DNA from: Bacteriovoracia bacterium
Lineage (GTDB): Bacteria; Bdellovibrionota; Bacteriovoracia; Bacteriovoracales; Bacteriovoracaceae
Length of the DNA: 64,000 nt
Assembly: GCA_046570105.1 (NCBI GenBank)
Contig: JBKHVI010000007.1
Span: 14,006 to 78,005 of the forward strand
Reading direction: 5' to 3'
Shown: positions 48,342 through 61,963 of the stretch, one piece after another
Layout: every line of letters begins with the position of its first letter
How positions within the stretch are numbered: the first letter of the stretch is position 1
The notes under the pieces: model-generated
What the model was told of the DNA's origin: nothing
Seen by the model: the letters and a program-made list of their open reading frames with translations, nothing else
Database searches by the model: none
Translations under genes and position numbers: made by a program

Positions 48342-48755
48342 TTACTTGAGATTCGCAGCTCTCAAGCGCAATTCAGCGCGCTCAAGCTTACGACGGAACT
48401 TGATCAAATCAACGTCTGTGAGGCTCGTTTCGCCTGCAAGACGTGAAGTGGCCTTGGCCTTAGCATTCTTCGCTCTTTCCTGATCAATGTCTTGTGGGCG
48501 TTCTGAGGTGAACGAGAGAACAGTGACTGCTCCCTCCATAACACGACAAAGACCTGCAGTTACGGTGAAATGACGAGTTGAACCGTCAGTTGTTTTCGCC
48601 GTAAGGATGCCCGTACCCAACTCAGTCAAAATATGAGTGTGATCCGGAAGAATATTGATCTCACCACGAACAGTGGGAACTGTTATATCAGTGCAATCGA
48701 GGCCCTTAATAACAGTCCCTTTCGGGGTGAACAGGTTAAGCTTAAACGCCGCCAT
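48342..48755 (-). CDS. atpC: ATP synthase F1 epsilon
   Basis: TPKG...GEINILPDH; position after atpD. Confidence 0.93.
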   Translation of the reverse strand: MAAFKLNLFTPKGTVIKGLDCTDITVPTVRGEINILPDHTHILTELGTGILTAKTTDGSTRHFTVTAGLCRVMEGAVTVLSFTSERPQDIDQERAKNAKAKATSRLAGETSLTDVDLIKFRRKLERAELRLRAANLK

Positions 48756-48757
48756 GA

Positions 48758-51056
<2,299 letters not shown>

Positions 51057-51079
51057 GGCCTATATCGCCTTAATTCAGC

Positions 51080-52594
<1,515 letters not shown>

Positions 52595-52612
52595 GTTCTT
52601 CCTTCCTTGCAG

Positions 52613-53152
52613 TTATTCGCTAATAACGGATTGTTTAAATTGTGCTAGCTGATAGTCCAAAGAGGCATCAAGTTGAAGGTCTTCAACTGTGACTCTGTAG
52701 CCTGCGCTGATATTTGCATTTTGTTGGTAAACCAAAGTTGGTTCGCGACCTACTTTTGTTTTTAAGAAAGCTTTCATCTGATCGATGAGTTTTGGGTCGA
52801 TTTGATTTTCAGCGCCCTCAACTACACCCTTAATAAAGCCCTTACGTTCGTCATCAAGCACCACCATCTCTTTAATAATGAGTGGGAGAAGACCGATACG
52901 TTTTTCTTCGATGAGATAATTAACTGCGCCAGTGAGCATTTCTGTGAAACCGGCTTTTTTGGCCACATCTGCAAAAACTGCTTTCTTTTCATCAAGGGTG
53001 AACACATCAAGGAACATGACGTTCTCTAGCTGATTCGCCTTATTGATAATCTCTGTCAGTGTGACGAGCTCATCAACTAGCTTGATTTTCTTTTCATCAC
53101 TCAATTGGAGTAATGCGTGGGCGTAGGTTTTGGCGACAGTTTGTTGTTTCAT
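52613..53152 (-). CDS. atpH: ATP synthase delta
   Basis: VAKTYAHAL, LDASL; operon position. Confidence 0.88.
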   Translation of the reverse strand: MKQQTVAKTYAHALLQLSDEKKIKLVDELVTLTEIINKANQLENVMFLDVFTLDEKKAVFADVAKKAGFTEMLTGAVNYLIEEKRIGLLPLIIKEMVVLDDERKGFIKGVVEGAENQIDPKLIDQMKAFLKTKVGREPTLVYQQNANISAGYRVTVEDLQLDASLDYQLAQFKQSVISE

Positions 53153-53697
53153 TTAACCATTTCTCCAAAAATCTTAGCCGAAGCTTTGTGTTGGAAATCT
53201 TTATTGCCCTTAATGGTGATCTTTGCTTTAGCAATGACTTCATCAAGTAGGCTGGCATTCAAAGCCGAAATAAGTGATTTTCTTTCGGCTTCAATTTTCG
53301 CAGAGGCATCTGTCTTTAGCTTGAAAGACTTCTCTTCCATTTCGCGTGCGTAATTTTTTTCGTAATTTTTAACTTCAACTTCGGCCTGGCGAAGAATTTC
53401 TTTTACTTCGTTCTCAACTACCGCCATTTTTTTCTGCTGAGCCTGAAGCATCACTTCAGCTTCTTTTGATTTCAGGCTGGCGCGCTCGAGCGTGTTGGCA
53501 ATTTCTTCTGCTTTCGCGGTGAAGTGATCAGATAGAGGCTTCTTAAGTTTCCAAACCAAAAAACCCACCAACACTACAACGTTAACCAATGGAGCAATAA
53601 GATCAGAAAGATGACCGTGTCCGCCATTGCCAGCTGCCATTGCAGAAGGAAGGATTGCTAAAAAAACTAAAGCGACTGTTAATTTATTCAACATCAT
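53149..53697 (-). CDS. atpF: ATP synthase F0 subunit b
   Basis: TM followed by KKPL and a coiled coil; operon position. Confidence 0.85.
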   Translation of the reverse strand: MMLNKLTVALVFLAILPSAMAAGNGGHGHLSDLIAPLVNVVVLVGFLVWKLKKPLSDHFTAKAEEIANTLERASLKSKEAEVMLQAQQKKMAVVENEVKEILRQAEVEVKNYEKNYAREMEEKSFKLKTDASAKIEAERKSLISALNASLLDEVIAKAKITIKGNKDFQHKASAKIFGEMVK

Positions 53698-53703
53698 TAG
53701 CCT

Positions 53704-54147
53704 CTAGTTCAAAATTTTGTTCACAAGATCGCCAGCTAGGCCATCTACATCACTCATGAACTTGCTGCGATTGTTTTGGATATCACGCTCAATGTTCTGA
53801 CGTGACTCTTCAACAAATTGATTAATTTCTTTTTCAGTTTTCTTAAATGTCTCGTGATAGCTCGCTTGAATTCCCTGTTTTTTTGCAGAGAGAATCTTCA
53901 TCGATTCTTTATTCGCATTATCGATTTTAGCTTTGTATTCCTGTGCCAACTTATTCACTGTTTCTAAAGTATGATCGGCACTACTTTCAAGCTTCACTGT
54001 TTTGTCTTCGCGATTCTCCAATACAAATTGAAGATGATTGAGAAATACAAAACGAGCAACGATGAAAATAACAAATATCAAAACGAACTGTGGAATCAGT
54101 GATGAGTCGACACCCAATTGGGTGAAAATGGCCTTGACGGTATCCAT
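53704..54147 (-). CDS. ATP synthase F0 subunit b'
   Basis: TM plus coiled coil; second b-type gene. Confidence 0.8.
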   Translation of the reverse strand: MDTVKAIFTQLGVDSSLIPQFVLIFVIFIVARFVFLNHLQFVLENREDKTVKLESSADHTLETVNKLAQEYKAKIDNANKESMKILSAKKQGIQASYHETFKKTEKEINQFVEESRQNIERDIQNNRSKFMSDVDGLAGDLVNKILN

Positions 54148-54217
54148 GGATGAGAGTCCCAGGGTTAGTTAATTAGCTGTAATTAAATAGACGTGGTGGG
54201 GGTTATCGTCAAGAAAG

Positions 54218-54553
54218 TTATTTCTTCTCTTTCATCTTCGTGACGCCATGGAAAATAACTCCTTCTTCAACAACGAGCGAAGGAGCAATGACTGTTCCCT
54301 CGAAGCGCGCTGGGCGTCGAATTTCGACACGCGAAGAAGCTTTTACATTTCCTTTAACTGAGCCTGAAATAATCACAACATTGGCGTTGATATCAGCGTT
54401 GATCACTGCGCCTTCCGAAATAATAAGTGTGTCATTAGAGAAAACAGAACCGTTCACGACACCAGCAATGCGCACGACACCACTAAACGAGAGGTTACCT
54501 TCGAACTTGCAGCCCTCTTCAATAATGGCGCAGATCTCACTTCGTTTTGACAC
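54218..54553 (-). CDS. Bactofilin (polymer-forming cytoskeletal protein)
   Basis: II.EG..FEGNL...G.VRI.G.V.G...GAVINADI...L.VEEG..F.G beta-helix pattern. Confidence 0.92.
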   Translation of the reverse strand: MSKRSEICAIIEEGCKFEGNLSFSGVVRIAGVVNGSVFSNDTLIISEGAVINADINANVVIISGSVKGNVKASSRVEIRRPARFEGTVIAPSLVVEEGVIFHGVTKMKEKK

Positions 54554-54560
54554 GTAAGTC

Positions 54561-55475
54561 CTATTTCATTAGATAGCCGAACACATCATTGAATTCAGCT
54601 TCGTTACTGAATTTAATTGTAATCGATCCTGCGCCGTTTTTCTTACCTTTTACAGCAAAATGAAAGCCTGTCTTCTTTTCAAGGCGTTCGCGCAGTTGAT
54701 CGTAACGCTCGACTACTAGGTTTTTACCTTCTTTCGCCTTTACGTTTTTCTTTCCGGCCTTCGCAAGATCTTCAAGTTCACGAACAGACAATTGTTTGCT
54801 CGCTGCTTCATTGGCAAGACGCTTGGTTAATTCATCATCTCCCAGAGAAACGAGAACTTTGGCATGACCAAAACTCAAATGCTCTTTGTTCAAAAGCATA
54901 ATGACATCTTTCGGAAGTTTTAAAATGCGCAAAAAGTTCGCCACGGTTGAGCGCTCTTTTCCAACTTTTTTTGCCACTTCTTCTTGGGTCAAACCGAATT
55001 CATTCATCAATTGGAAATACGCCAAGCCTTCTTCGATGCAATTCAGGTCTGAGCGCTGAACGTTTTCGATGATCGACATGACCATGTTATCTTTCTTGGT
55101 CGAACGCTTAATCAAAACAGGAACGCGCTCGAGGCCCGCGAGTTTTGAAGCACGCAAGCGTCGTTCACCTGCGATCAATTCAAATGTTCCGTCAGAACTC
55201 TCAGCTACGAGCAACGGTTGAATGACTCCGTTCTCTTTAATGCTCTCAGCGAGCTCCAGGAGATCTTTTTCTTTAAACATTTTGCGAGGCTGATTACGGT
55301 TAGCAATCACCTTCTCAACGGGCACCAACATTGGCTGATGCTCGACCACTGTGCGAGTTTCTGTTTTTGTCTGAACTGGCTCGTGGAGCACTCTTTCAGT
55401 GTTTGCCCCCATAGAACCACCACCCAAAAGAGCGGCCATACCTTTACCTAATTGCGGTTTTTGCTTCATTGTCAT
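54561..55475 (-). CDS. parB: Chromosome partitioning protein ParB
   Basis: LGKGMAALL, QPRK.F, IAGERRLRA, ENVQR.DL, HTH. Confidence 0.96.
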   Translation of the reverse strand: MTMKQKPQLGKGMAALLGGGSMGANTERVLHEPVQTKTETRTVVEHQPMLVPVEKVIANRNQPRKMFKEKDLLELAESIKENGVIQPLLVAESSDGTFELIAGERRLRASKLAGLERVPVLIKRSTKKDNMVMSIIENVQRSDLNCIEEGLAYFQLMNEFGLTQEEVAKKVGKERSTVANFLRILKLPKDVIMLLNKEHLSFGHAKVLVSLGDDELTKRLANEAASKQLSVRELEDLAKAGKKNVKAKEGKNLVVERYDQLRERLEKKTGFHFAVKGKKNGAGSITIKFSNEAEFNDVFGYLMK

Positions 55476-55484
55476 GGGGCGCTC

Positions 55485-56360
55485 CTATGGGTGAATTTCG
55501 TAATCATCGAATGACGGAATACGCGGGGGGGCATCAGGCAATACGGCCTTTGGCGCCTTAGGGGCTTCAGCTGGAATCGATGATTCCTTCTTCCCTTCCG
55601 TTTTCATAATGACTTCTTTTGCCAACGAGAGATACGCCTCACTTCCCTTTGAGGTGATATCGTACAAAATAATCGGTTTGCCGTGTGAAGGACACTCCGA
55701 GAGTTTTACGTTTCTTGGAATGATCGACTTCAAAATATCATCTTTGAAGTGATTCATAAGATCTTGCGCCACAAGCTTTGAGAGATTGTTACGCGAATCA
55801 TACATAGTAAGGAGAATACCCTCGAGCTCGAGCTTGGGGTTCAAGCTGGCACGAATGAGGCGCACAGTATTCAAAAGCTGAGAAAGCCCTTCCATCGCCA
55901 AAAACTCAGTCTGCATTGGAACAAGAAATGAGTGAGCTGCATTCAAAGCATTTACTGCCAAAATATTCAAAGAAGGTGCGCAATCAATAATGATGTAGTC
56001 ATACTTGTCCATTACTGGCTCAAGCGCGGTCTTAAGTTTTGCTTCGCGAGCGAACGCACTCACGAGTTCAATCTCTGCACCGATCAAATTGTTGTCCGAT
56101 GGACAAATGTCCAGGCCGGGCATTTCGGTCCTATAGAGGCAGTTCTCAATCGACTCTTCGCCAATCAAGGCATGGTAGATATTTAGTTGAGCAAATTTCT
56201 CTTTTTCGAGACCTAAGCCGATACTGGCGTTGCCTTGTGGATCCAAATCGATCAGAAGTGTGCGACGCTCTGCGGCGGCAAGTGAAGCACTCAGGTTAAT
56301 TGCGGTGGTGGTCTTTCCTACGCCGCCTTTTTGATTAGCGATCGCAATAATTTTAGCCAT
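55485..56360 (-). CDS. parA: Chromosome partitioning ATPase ParA/Soj
   Basis: NQKGGVGKTTT, DLDPQGNA, IPRNVKLSE.PS.G. Confidence 0.96.
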   Translation of the reverse strand: MAKIIAIANQKGGVGKTTTAINLSASLAAAERRTLLIDLDPQGNASIGLGLEKEKFAQLNIYHALIGEESIENCLYRTEMPGLDICPSDNNLIGAEIELVSAFAREAKLKTALEPVMDKYDYIIIDCAPSLNILAVNALNAAHSFLVPMQTEFLAMEGLSQLLNTVRLIRASLNPKLELEGILLTMYDSRNNLSKLVAQDLMNHFKDDILKSIIPRNVKLSECPSHGKPIILYDITSKGSEAYLSLAKEVIMKTEGKKESSIPAEAPKAPKAVLPDAPPRIPSFDDYEIHP

Positions 56361-56397
56361 TTAACCCTCCACTCGGAATAAATTCGAGACTTAAAAT

Positions 56398-57039
56398 CTA
56401 GAGATAATCGCTGAGTTTGACAAGGTATTTGGCTGTTCCACGTGGAACATTTCGAGGTTTAAATCCAATCAAGCGACGCTCATCAGTCCCTGGAATAGAA
56501 AGCAATACGTTGTATTTAAGCTCCCATTCTTTGCTCAATTTCTTTTCAAATTCCGGCTGTTCTTTCTCCATATAAGACGGTCCCTTATAGAAGAACACTG
56601 TCACATCTTTTGCGGCAATCTGAAGCGAAGGAAGGAAATCCATCACTGTACCCACGGCCTTAAAGGTAATAATACATGGGCGATCAATGAGAACTTCCTC
56701 GGCGCGATGATGGTAGGCCTTGGCGTTCTTGAGCTTCAATTCCTCGGCGATAACGTTTACAGCATCCACCTTTTTGCCTCTCGATTCGAAACCAATAAAG
56801 CGATGCTTGGGACAGTGATGTGCCATGGGAAGCAAAGGAAATCCGCCACCAAAACCGATATCAACCATTAACCCCTTCTTATCGAGCTCGGCCTTAAATT
56901 CAGGCGATTGCTCATAGGGAAGAATCGAATCAAGGATCTGCTTCTCGTAAAACTCTTGGTCATCAAGGATACGAGTGAGATTGAGGCCTGCGAAGCGAGT
57001 TTTAAGTAGGTTTAAGTATGAAAGAGAAAAATTCATCAT
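56398..57039 (-). CDS. rsmG: 16S rRNA m7G527 methyltransferase
   Basis: NLTRI, ILDS, DIGFGGGFP, RAEE, YKG; mnmG-rsmG-parA synteny. Confidence 0.88.
   Translation of the reverse strand: MMNFSLSYLNLLKTRFAGLNLTRILDDQEFYEKQILDSILPYEQSPEFKAELDKKGLMVDIGFGGGFPLLPMAHHCPKHRFIGFESRGKKVDAVNVIAEELKLKNAKAYHHRAEEVLIDRPCIITFKAVGTVMDFLPSLQIAAKDVTVFFYKGPSYMEKEQPEFEKKLSKEWELKYNVLLSIPGTDERRLIGFKPRNVPRGTAKYLVKLSDYL
56434..56449. promoter_or_regulatory. parS site
   Basis: Perfect palindrome TGTTCCACGTGGAACA inside the rsmG 3' end. Confidence 0.93.
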
Positions 57040-57040
57040 A

Positions 57041-58888
57041 TTAGAGAGCTTTTGAAGCGACCACAGCTAAGGTAGCGGGACGAATTCCTTCAATACGCTT
57101 CAGTTGTCCGAAGGTTTCTGGTTTAATTTTAGAAATTCGGTGTCTGCACTCAAAAGATACGTTCTTTGATTCGATAATTTCAGACCAGTTAATGAGAGTC
57201 GCATCCATTTTTTTAATCTTTTCGTTCTGATCGTCGAATCTTTGGATATAGCCGGCATACTTTTTATCAATCGCTACCGTGCGAACAATGTCGTAATCAA
57301 ATTCGAGTTCGGAATCGTGCAAAACTTCCATCAATGTTGTAACGGGATTAAGCCAAGCTTGTTTTAAAAGTTCAGAAAGAGTCATTGCTCTAGTTAGTTT
57401 ATTCTCTGAACTTTGAGAAAACTTCAAAAGTGTCTCAGAATTCTCAGAAAACATGAATTCATCGCAGATTTTGCTCAAAATTTGCATCTGAGCGCTAAAA
57501 CGCTCTAAAAAGCCGTCTAAGGGCTTTTGCAAAAATAGGTACTGACGATAGGGTTGCATACGCAAAATTGAGTTGTCTTCGCGAATAAATAGACGATTTT
57601 CAGATCTTGCGGTGAAAAGTCGGTACGGTTCATCGCGAGTGTTCGCTACCAAATCTTCAATCATCACTCCGATATAAGAATCATGTCGTGAAAGATGAAG
57701 TGGTGGTCTTTCTAAAATTGAAAGAGCCGCATTCGCTCCTGCGACCCAACCTTGCCCAGCCGCTTCTTCATATCCGGATGTTCCATTCAATTGACCAGCA
57801 AAGAAAAGGCCGGGAATTTGGCGATACTCGAGGGCCAAGGTGAGTTCAGTTGTATCGACGACATCATACTCAACGGCATAACCCGGAACTTTGATTATCG
57901 CCTCCTGGAGCCCAGGAATAGTGCGAATAAATGCTTCTTGAACTTCGGCAGGAAGGCTCGAACTGATCCCTGAGGGATAAACCGTATCGAGATTAATACC
58001 CTCGGGCTCAACAAACACATGATGAGAATTGCGATCTAGATAACGGAAAGCTTTGTCTTCAATCGAGGGGCAATAGCGCGCACCCACTCCCTTAATTTGG
58101 CCGTTATACATGGGAGAGCGCTCTTTATTGTCACGGATGATAGTGAGTGTTTCGAGATTTGTATGAGTGAGATAACAGCTCACCTGCTGTGATTCACGGC
58201 CAAAAGGCTGATTCATGCAATGAAAGTTGCGTGTTTCTGGATCAGAAGGCTGCTCAACCATCTGGCTGGTATCGATTGATGTTCTCAAGAGTCTCGAAGG
58301 AGTTCCCGTCTTAAATCGAGCCGGACGAGTCTTTATGGCCTTAAAAATATCAGTTAATGAATCAGCGGCCTCGGCATCCACTCGGCCACCTACAGTCTGA
58401 TTAAGTCCCTGGTGAAGCTTTCCATTCAAGAAAGTGCCTACTGTCACCACTACTTTCTTAGCCGTGAAGTCACCTTCACTTGTCTTGAGTGAGAAGCCGC
58501 CCTCTGAGCTATCGAGAGACTGAAGCTTGGCACGAATGACTGTTATGTTTGGGATTGAAGCGATGATGGCTTCAGCCTCTTGGGAATAGCGCTCCTTATC
58601 GATCTGAACTCGGGTCGACTGAACTGCCAAGCCCTTCGAGTCGTTGAGAGTACGATATTGAATGCCGGCCTTATCGGCGAGAATTCCCATCACTCCGCCG
58701 AGAGCATCGAGCTCTCGTACGACTTGTCCCTTACCTACTCCGCCGACTGATGGGTTACATGGAGCTGAAGCAATTCCGACCCCGGGCAAAGTCACAAGAC
58801 CAATATTCAAACCAAACTGCGCAGCAATCCACGCCGACTCAAGTCCGGCATGACCACCACCCACTACGATAAGATCAAAATTTCTCAT
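57041..58888 (-). CDS. mnmG: tRNA uridine-5-carboxymethylaminomethyl synthesis enzyme MnmG (GidA)
   Basis: VGGGHAG, CNPSVGG, RYCPSIEDK, GTSGYEEAAGQG, EPYRLFT. Confidence 0.97.
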   Translation of the reverse strand: MRNFDLIVVGGGHAGLESAWIAAQFGLNIGLVTLPGVGIASAPCNPSVGGVGKGQVVRELDALGGVMGILADKAGIQYRTLNDSKGLAVQSTRVQIDKERYSQEAEAIIASIPNITVIRAKLQSLDSSEGGFSLKTSEGDFTAKKVVVTVGTFLNGKLHQGLNQTVGGRVDAEAADSLTDIFKAIKTRPARFKTGTPSRLLRTSIDTSQMVEQPSDPETRNFHCMNQPFGRESQQVSCYLTHTNLETLTIIRDNKERSPMYNGQIKGVGARYCPSIEDKAFRYLDRNSHHVFVEPEGINLDTVYPSGISSSLPAEVQEAFIRTIPGLQEAIIKVPGYAVEYDVVDTTELTLALEYRQIPGLFFAGQLNGTSGYEEAAGQGWVAGANAALSILERPPLHLSRHDSYIGVMIEDLVANTRDEPYRLFTARSENRLFIREDNSILRMQPYRQYLFLQKPLDGFLERFSAQMQILSKICDEFMFSENSETLLKFSQSSENKLTRAMTLSELLKQAWLNPVTTLMEVLHDSELEFDYDIVRTVAIDKKYAGYIQRFDDQNEKIKKMDATLINWSEIIESKNVSFECRHRISKIKPETFGQLKRIEGIRPATLAVVASKAL

Positions 58889-58904
58889 TGTTCCACGTGG
58901 AACA
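58889..58904. promoter_or_regulatory. parS site
   Basis: Perfect palindrome TGTTCCACGTGGAACA in the mnmE-mnmG spacer. Confidence 0.93.
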
Positions 58905-58906
58905 CA

Positions 58907-60268
58907 TCATTTGCCGATGCAAAAATTCGCAAAGATATGATCCAAAACCTCGTCGGGCGAAACTATGCCTAAAAGCTCCTGAAGACAATGCCCTAAGGCA
59001 TTTAATTCATGAGATAAAATAGCAATGTCCGACTGATTAAGAAGGGTTTCTTGGTAGGAGATTGAACGAGAGTAAGTGTCTGTAATTACTTGCTTTTGGC
59101 GCTCTTGCAGGATTGGCGAAAGACGACTAAGTTCAATATATTTTTTATTTATAGTCGCAGATAAATCATTGATTTTACTAGATAAATTACCTCTGCTTTC
59201 AACTTGCCCCGATAGGACCAATCCTTGGGCCAAAACAGCAGTTTTAGCAGCTTCAAAACCAGCACAATCGGCGTGAGTGAAAATCACGTAATCAAATGAA
59301 TGTTGCAGGAGTTTTTTAAGTTCAGAAACATCACTTTCAAAAGGGTTGATCAAAAGAATGGAGAAAAAAGCTCGCGAGAGTCTTTCGAGTGCCAACTCGA
59401 TACCCCGTGATTCAATTATATTTTCCGTCTGACGTATTCCGGCCGTATCAACCAGGCGATAGCTCACCTCTCCCATCCTAATGTCTTCAGCGATGAAATC
59501 TCGCGTTGTCCCGGCCTCAGAAGTTACAATCGCCCGCTCTTCACCCAGAAGATTATTAAAAAAGGTCGATTTGCCAGCATTGGGAAGGCCCGCAATCACA
59601 ATCTCGGGGCGCAATAATCGGGAAGAATGTGGATCCAGGCGCTTTTTTAGTGAATCAATGCGCGAAAATAGTTCGTTCCAAGTTTCTTTAAGTTTTGCGT
59701 TGGCTTCTTCTTCCCCGACATCCTCATGGAAATCCAGCAAAAGCTCAAGAGAGGCCTTATGTAGCTTATAACTTTCAAAAAGCTCTAGATAAGCGTGATG
59801 TAGATCCCCGTGGAGAAGCTCCATACCCTGCTGGAGCGCCAAAGGCGTTGAAGCATTCAAGAATAAATCAAGGCCCTCAGCTTGTGAGAGAGTCAGCTTT
59901 TTATTTTGGAGTGCTCTTAAGGAAAATTCTCCAGCACGAGCAAGACGAATGCTAGGCATCTGCTGAAATAACGCCAAAATTCGTTCTACGTTTAAAATAT
60001 TTCCATGAACGTAGAGCTCAAGCAAATTCTCCCCTGTATAGCTCGCAGGAGCAGCGAAATAACAAAAACAAATATCATCAATTCTTATTTGGAAATCGAG
60101 CAAGAAAGAACGATACATGATTCGAGGTTTGAGTGAGGAAATAGATATGGAGAAAAAAACTTGAAGCTCAGACAAAGAACTGAAACCAGAAAGACGAATG
60201 ACCGCAATGGCCGAATGAGCGTGCGCACCTGAGGCGCACGCAATAATCGTCTTTCCGTCGTGAATCAT
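58907..60268 (-). CDS. mnmE: tRNA modification GTPase MnmE (TrmE)
   Basis: IRLSG, SYTGE, GEFS.RA, GLPNAGKST, GTTRD, DTAGIR, FCIGK. Confidence 0.95.
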   Translation of the reverse strand: MIHDGKTIIACASGAHAHSAIAVIRLSGFSSLSELQVFFSISISSLKPRIMYRSFLLDFQIRIDDICFCYFAAPASYTGENLLELYVHGNILNVERILALFQQMPSIRLARAGEFSLRALQNKKLTLSQAEGLDLFLNASTPLALQQGMELLHGDLHHAYLELFESYKLHKASLELLLDFHEDVGEEEANAKLKETWNELFSRIDSLKKRLDPHSSRLLRPEIVIAGLPNAGKSTFFNNLLGEERAIVTSEAGTTRDFIAEDIRMGEVSYRLVDTAGIRQTENIIESRGIELALERLSRAFFSILLINPFESDVSELKKLLQHSFDYVIFTHADCAGFEAAKTAVLAQGLVLSGQVESRGNLSSKINDLSATINKKYIELSRLSPILQERQKQVITDTYSRSISYQETLLNQSDIAILSHELNALGHCLQELLGIVSPDEVLDHIFANFCIGK

Positions 60269-61728
60269 ACAACCACAGGTTTATTTCCAGACATCTTGAA
60301 GACCAACATTTGCTGACCAATACCCAAGAGTGTCGAAACAAAAATATAGAGTGAAAGTCCCGCTGGAAGATCCTTCATGATAAAGCCGAAAATCAGCGGC
60401 ATAAACATGAAAATCTTCTTCTGAACTGGATCAGTTACCGTTGTAGGAGTTACTTTTTGCTGAAGGAACATCGCGCCCGTCATTAAGAATGGAAGAATGA
60501 AATAGGGATCTTTATTAGATAGGTCTGTGAGCCATCCAAAGAAGGGAGCATCAACTAATTCAACTGCAGAATAAAGTACTTTGTAGAAAGCAAAGAAAAC
60601 TGGAAGCTGCAATAACATCGGCAAACAGCCACCCAATGGATTGGCACCCGAGCGCTTAAAGAGTTCCATGCTTTCTTTCTGCATACGCATTGGATCGTCT
60701 TTGAATTTATCTTTCAACTTTGTGAGTTCTGGTTGAATGATCTGCATCTTTTTCATGCTGACAAAACTCTTATACTGCAGAGGGAAAGTGATCAAACGAA
60801 CTACAAAAGTGAGGAAAATAATCGCCATTCCGTAGTTTGGAATGAGGCTATAGAAAAATTGAAGACCACGTAAAATAAGCTCTGCAAAGAAACCCCAAAA
60901 ACCAAAATCCACTGCGTGCTTCAGGTCGCGGCCCATGGCCGAAAGATAATTATATTCTTTCTTCACGTATAATAGATCGAAGCTCAATTCACTCACAGTA
61001 TAAGTCGGGAAAAGCTGAAAACGACTGTCAGTTAATCCACGTAAAACGAGTCCAGGAGCTTCCGCAAAACTGACTCCAAAAAGATGATAATTAAAATCAA
61101 TCCCCGCCCAACTTACCTTCGTATCAGTGAGCTCTTCATCACCCACTGTCCAGTGATTAAGGCTGTCGTTATAGTATGAGAAGTAGCGCTCTTGTCCGTT
61201 CTCTAACTTCTTACTCGTAGAACTAAAATTGAGGCGATATTTAAATGGTGCAGGAGCAGTAATTGTAATTCCGACTTTCTCTCCACCATTAATAAGAAAA
61301 GTTGCAGTGACACCAGTCGCGGCATCACGACCTACCCATTTTGTCTCTGAAGATTCAACCGTTTCAAGATTGAGGGCGACAAACTTTTGTCCCTCCGGAG
61401 CAATCTCAATCAATAACGGATGCTCACTTCCTACGACGTCTTCAAAAGCAAAACGAGCTTGAGAGTGCTTCATTGATTTTACCGCAAGATTGCTAGTAAA
61501 ACTCAAATTGAGAGCCTCATTTCCTAAGCTCAATTCACGTGAATTGACCGACGGTTCTATAGGACCACTTGCAGTCACTTGTGCTGTTTCATTAGCAGCA
61601 ACCTGAGTAACTGGCGCAGCATCAGGGGCCACAGGAGCCATTTTTGGAGCAAAGTAGTACTGCCACCCAAAAAGAATGAGGCCCGAAAGTACCACTGCAA
61701 ATAGAGCATTTTTCTGACTAGAGTCCAT
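60265..61728 (-). CDS. yidC: Membrane protein insertase YidC
   Basis: VDFGFW, NYGMAII, NPLGGCLP, DLS..DPY, PAGL.LY. Confidence 0.96.
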   Translation of the reverse strand: MDSSQKNALFAVVLSGLILFGWQYYFAPKMAPVAPDAAPVTQVAANETAQVTASGPIEPSVNSRELSLGNEALNLSFTSNLAVKSMKHSQARFAFEDVVGSEHPLLIEIAPEGQKFVALNLETVESSETKWVGRDAATGVTATFLINGGEKVGITITAPAPFKYRLNFSSTSKKLENGQERYFSYYNDSLNHWTVGDEELTDTKVSWAGIDFNYHLFGVSFAEAPGLVLRGLTDSRFQLFPTYTVSELSFDLLYVKKEYNYLSAMGRDLKHAVDFGFWGFFAELILRGLQFFYSLIPNYGMAIIFLTFVVRLITFPLQYKSFVSMKKMQIIQPELTKLKDKFKDDPMRMQKESMELFKRSGANPLGGCLPMLLQLPVFFAFYKVLYSAVELVDAPFFGWLTDLSNKDPYFILPFLMTGAMFLQQKVTPTTVTDPVQKKIFMFMPLIFGFIMKDLPAGLSLYIFVSTLLGIGQQMLVFKMSGNKPVVV

Positions 61729-61747
61729 ATTTTACCATTCCTTCGAA

Positions 61748-61963
61748 TTACTTATCTGGCACAGGATCAACTCCGCCTGCATGCCATGGATGACAACGTG
61801 ATATGCGCCTAACGGTGTACCATAGCGCTTTAGGAAGTGAAAACCGCTCAAAGCATTCATATCCATAATGTGAGCAGCTCGGATGAAAACGGCATTGCCC
61901 GCCCAAAAATGGTGAAAGCACTAATTGGTAGCCGCGAATGAGTAATTGGAAGAAGCGATTCAT
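61748..61963 (-). CDS. yidD: Membrane protein insertion efficiency factor YidD
   Basis: YQ..LSP..GG.CRFHPSCS.Y, RI.RCHPW..GG.DPVP. Confidence 0.95.
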   Translation of the reverse strand: MNRFFQLLIRGYQLVLSPFLGGQCRFHPSCSHYGYECFERFSLPKALWYTVRRISRCHPWHAGGVDPVPDK

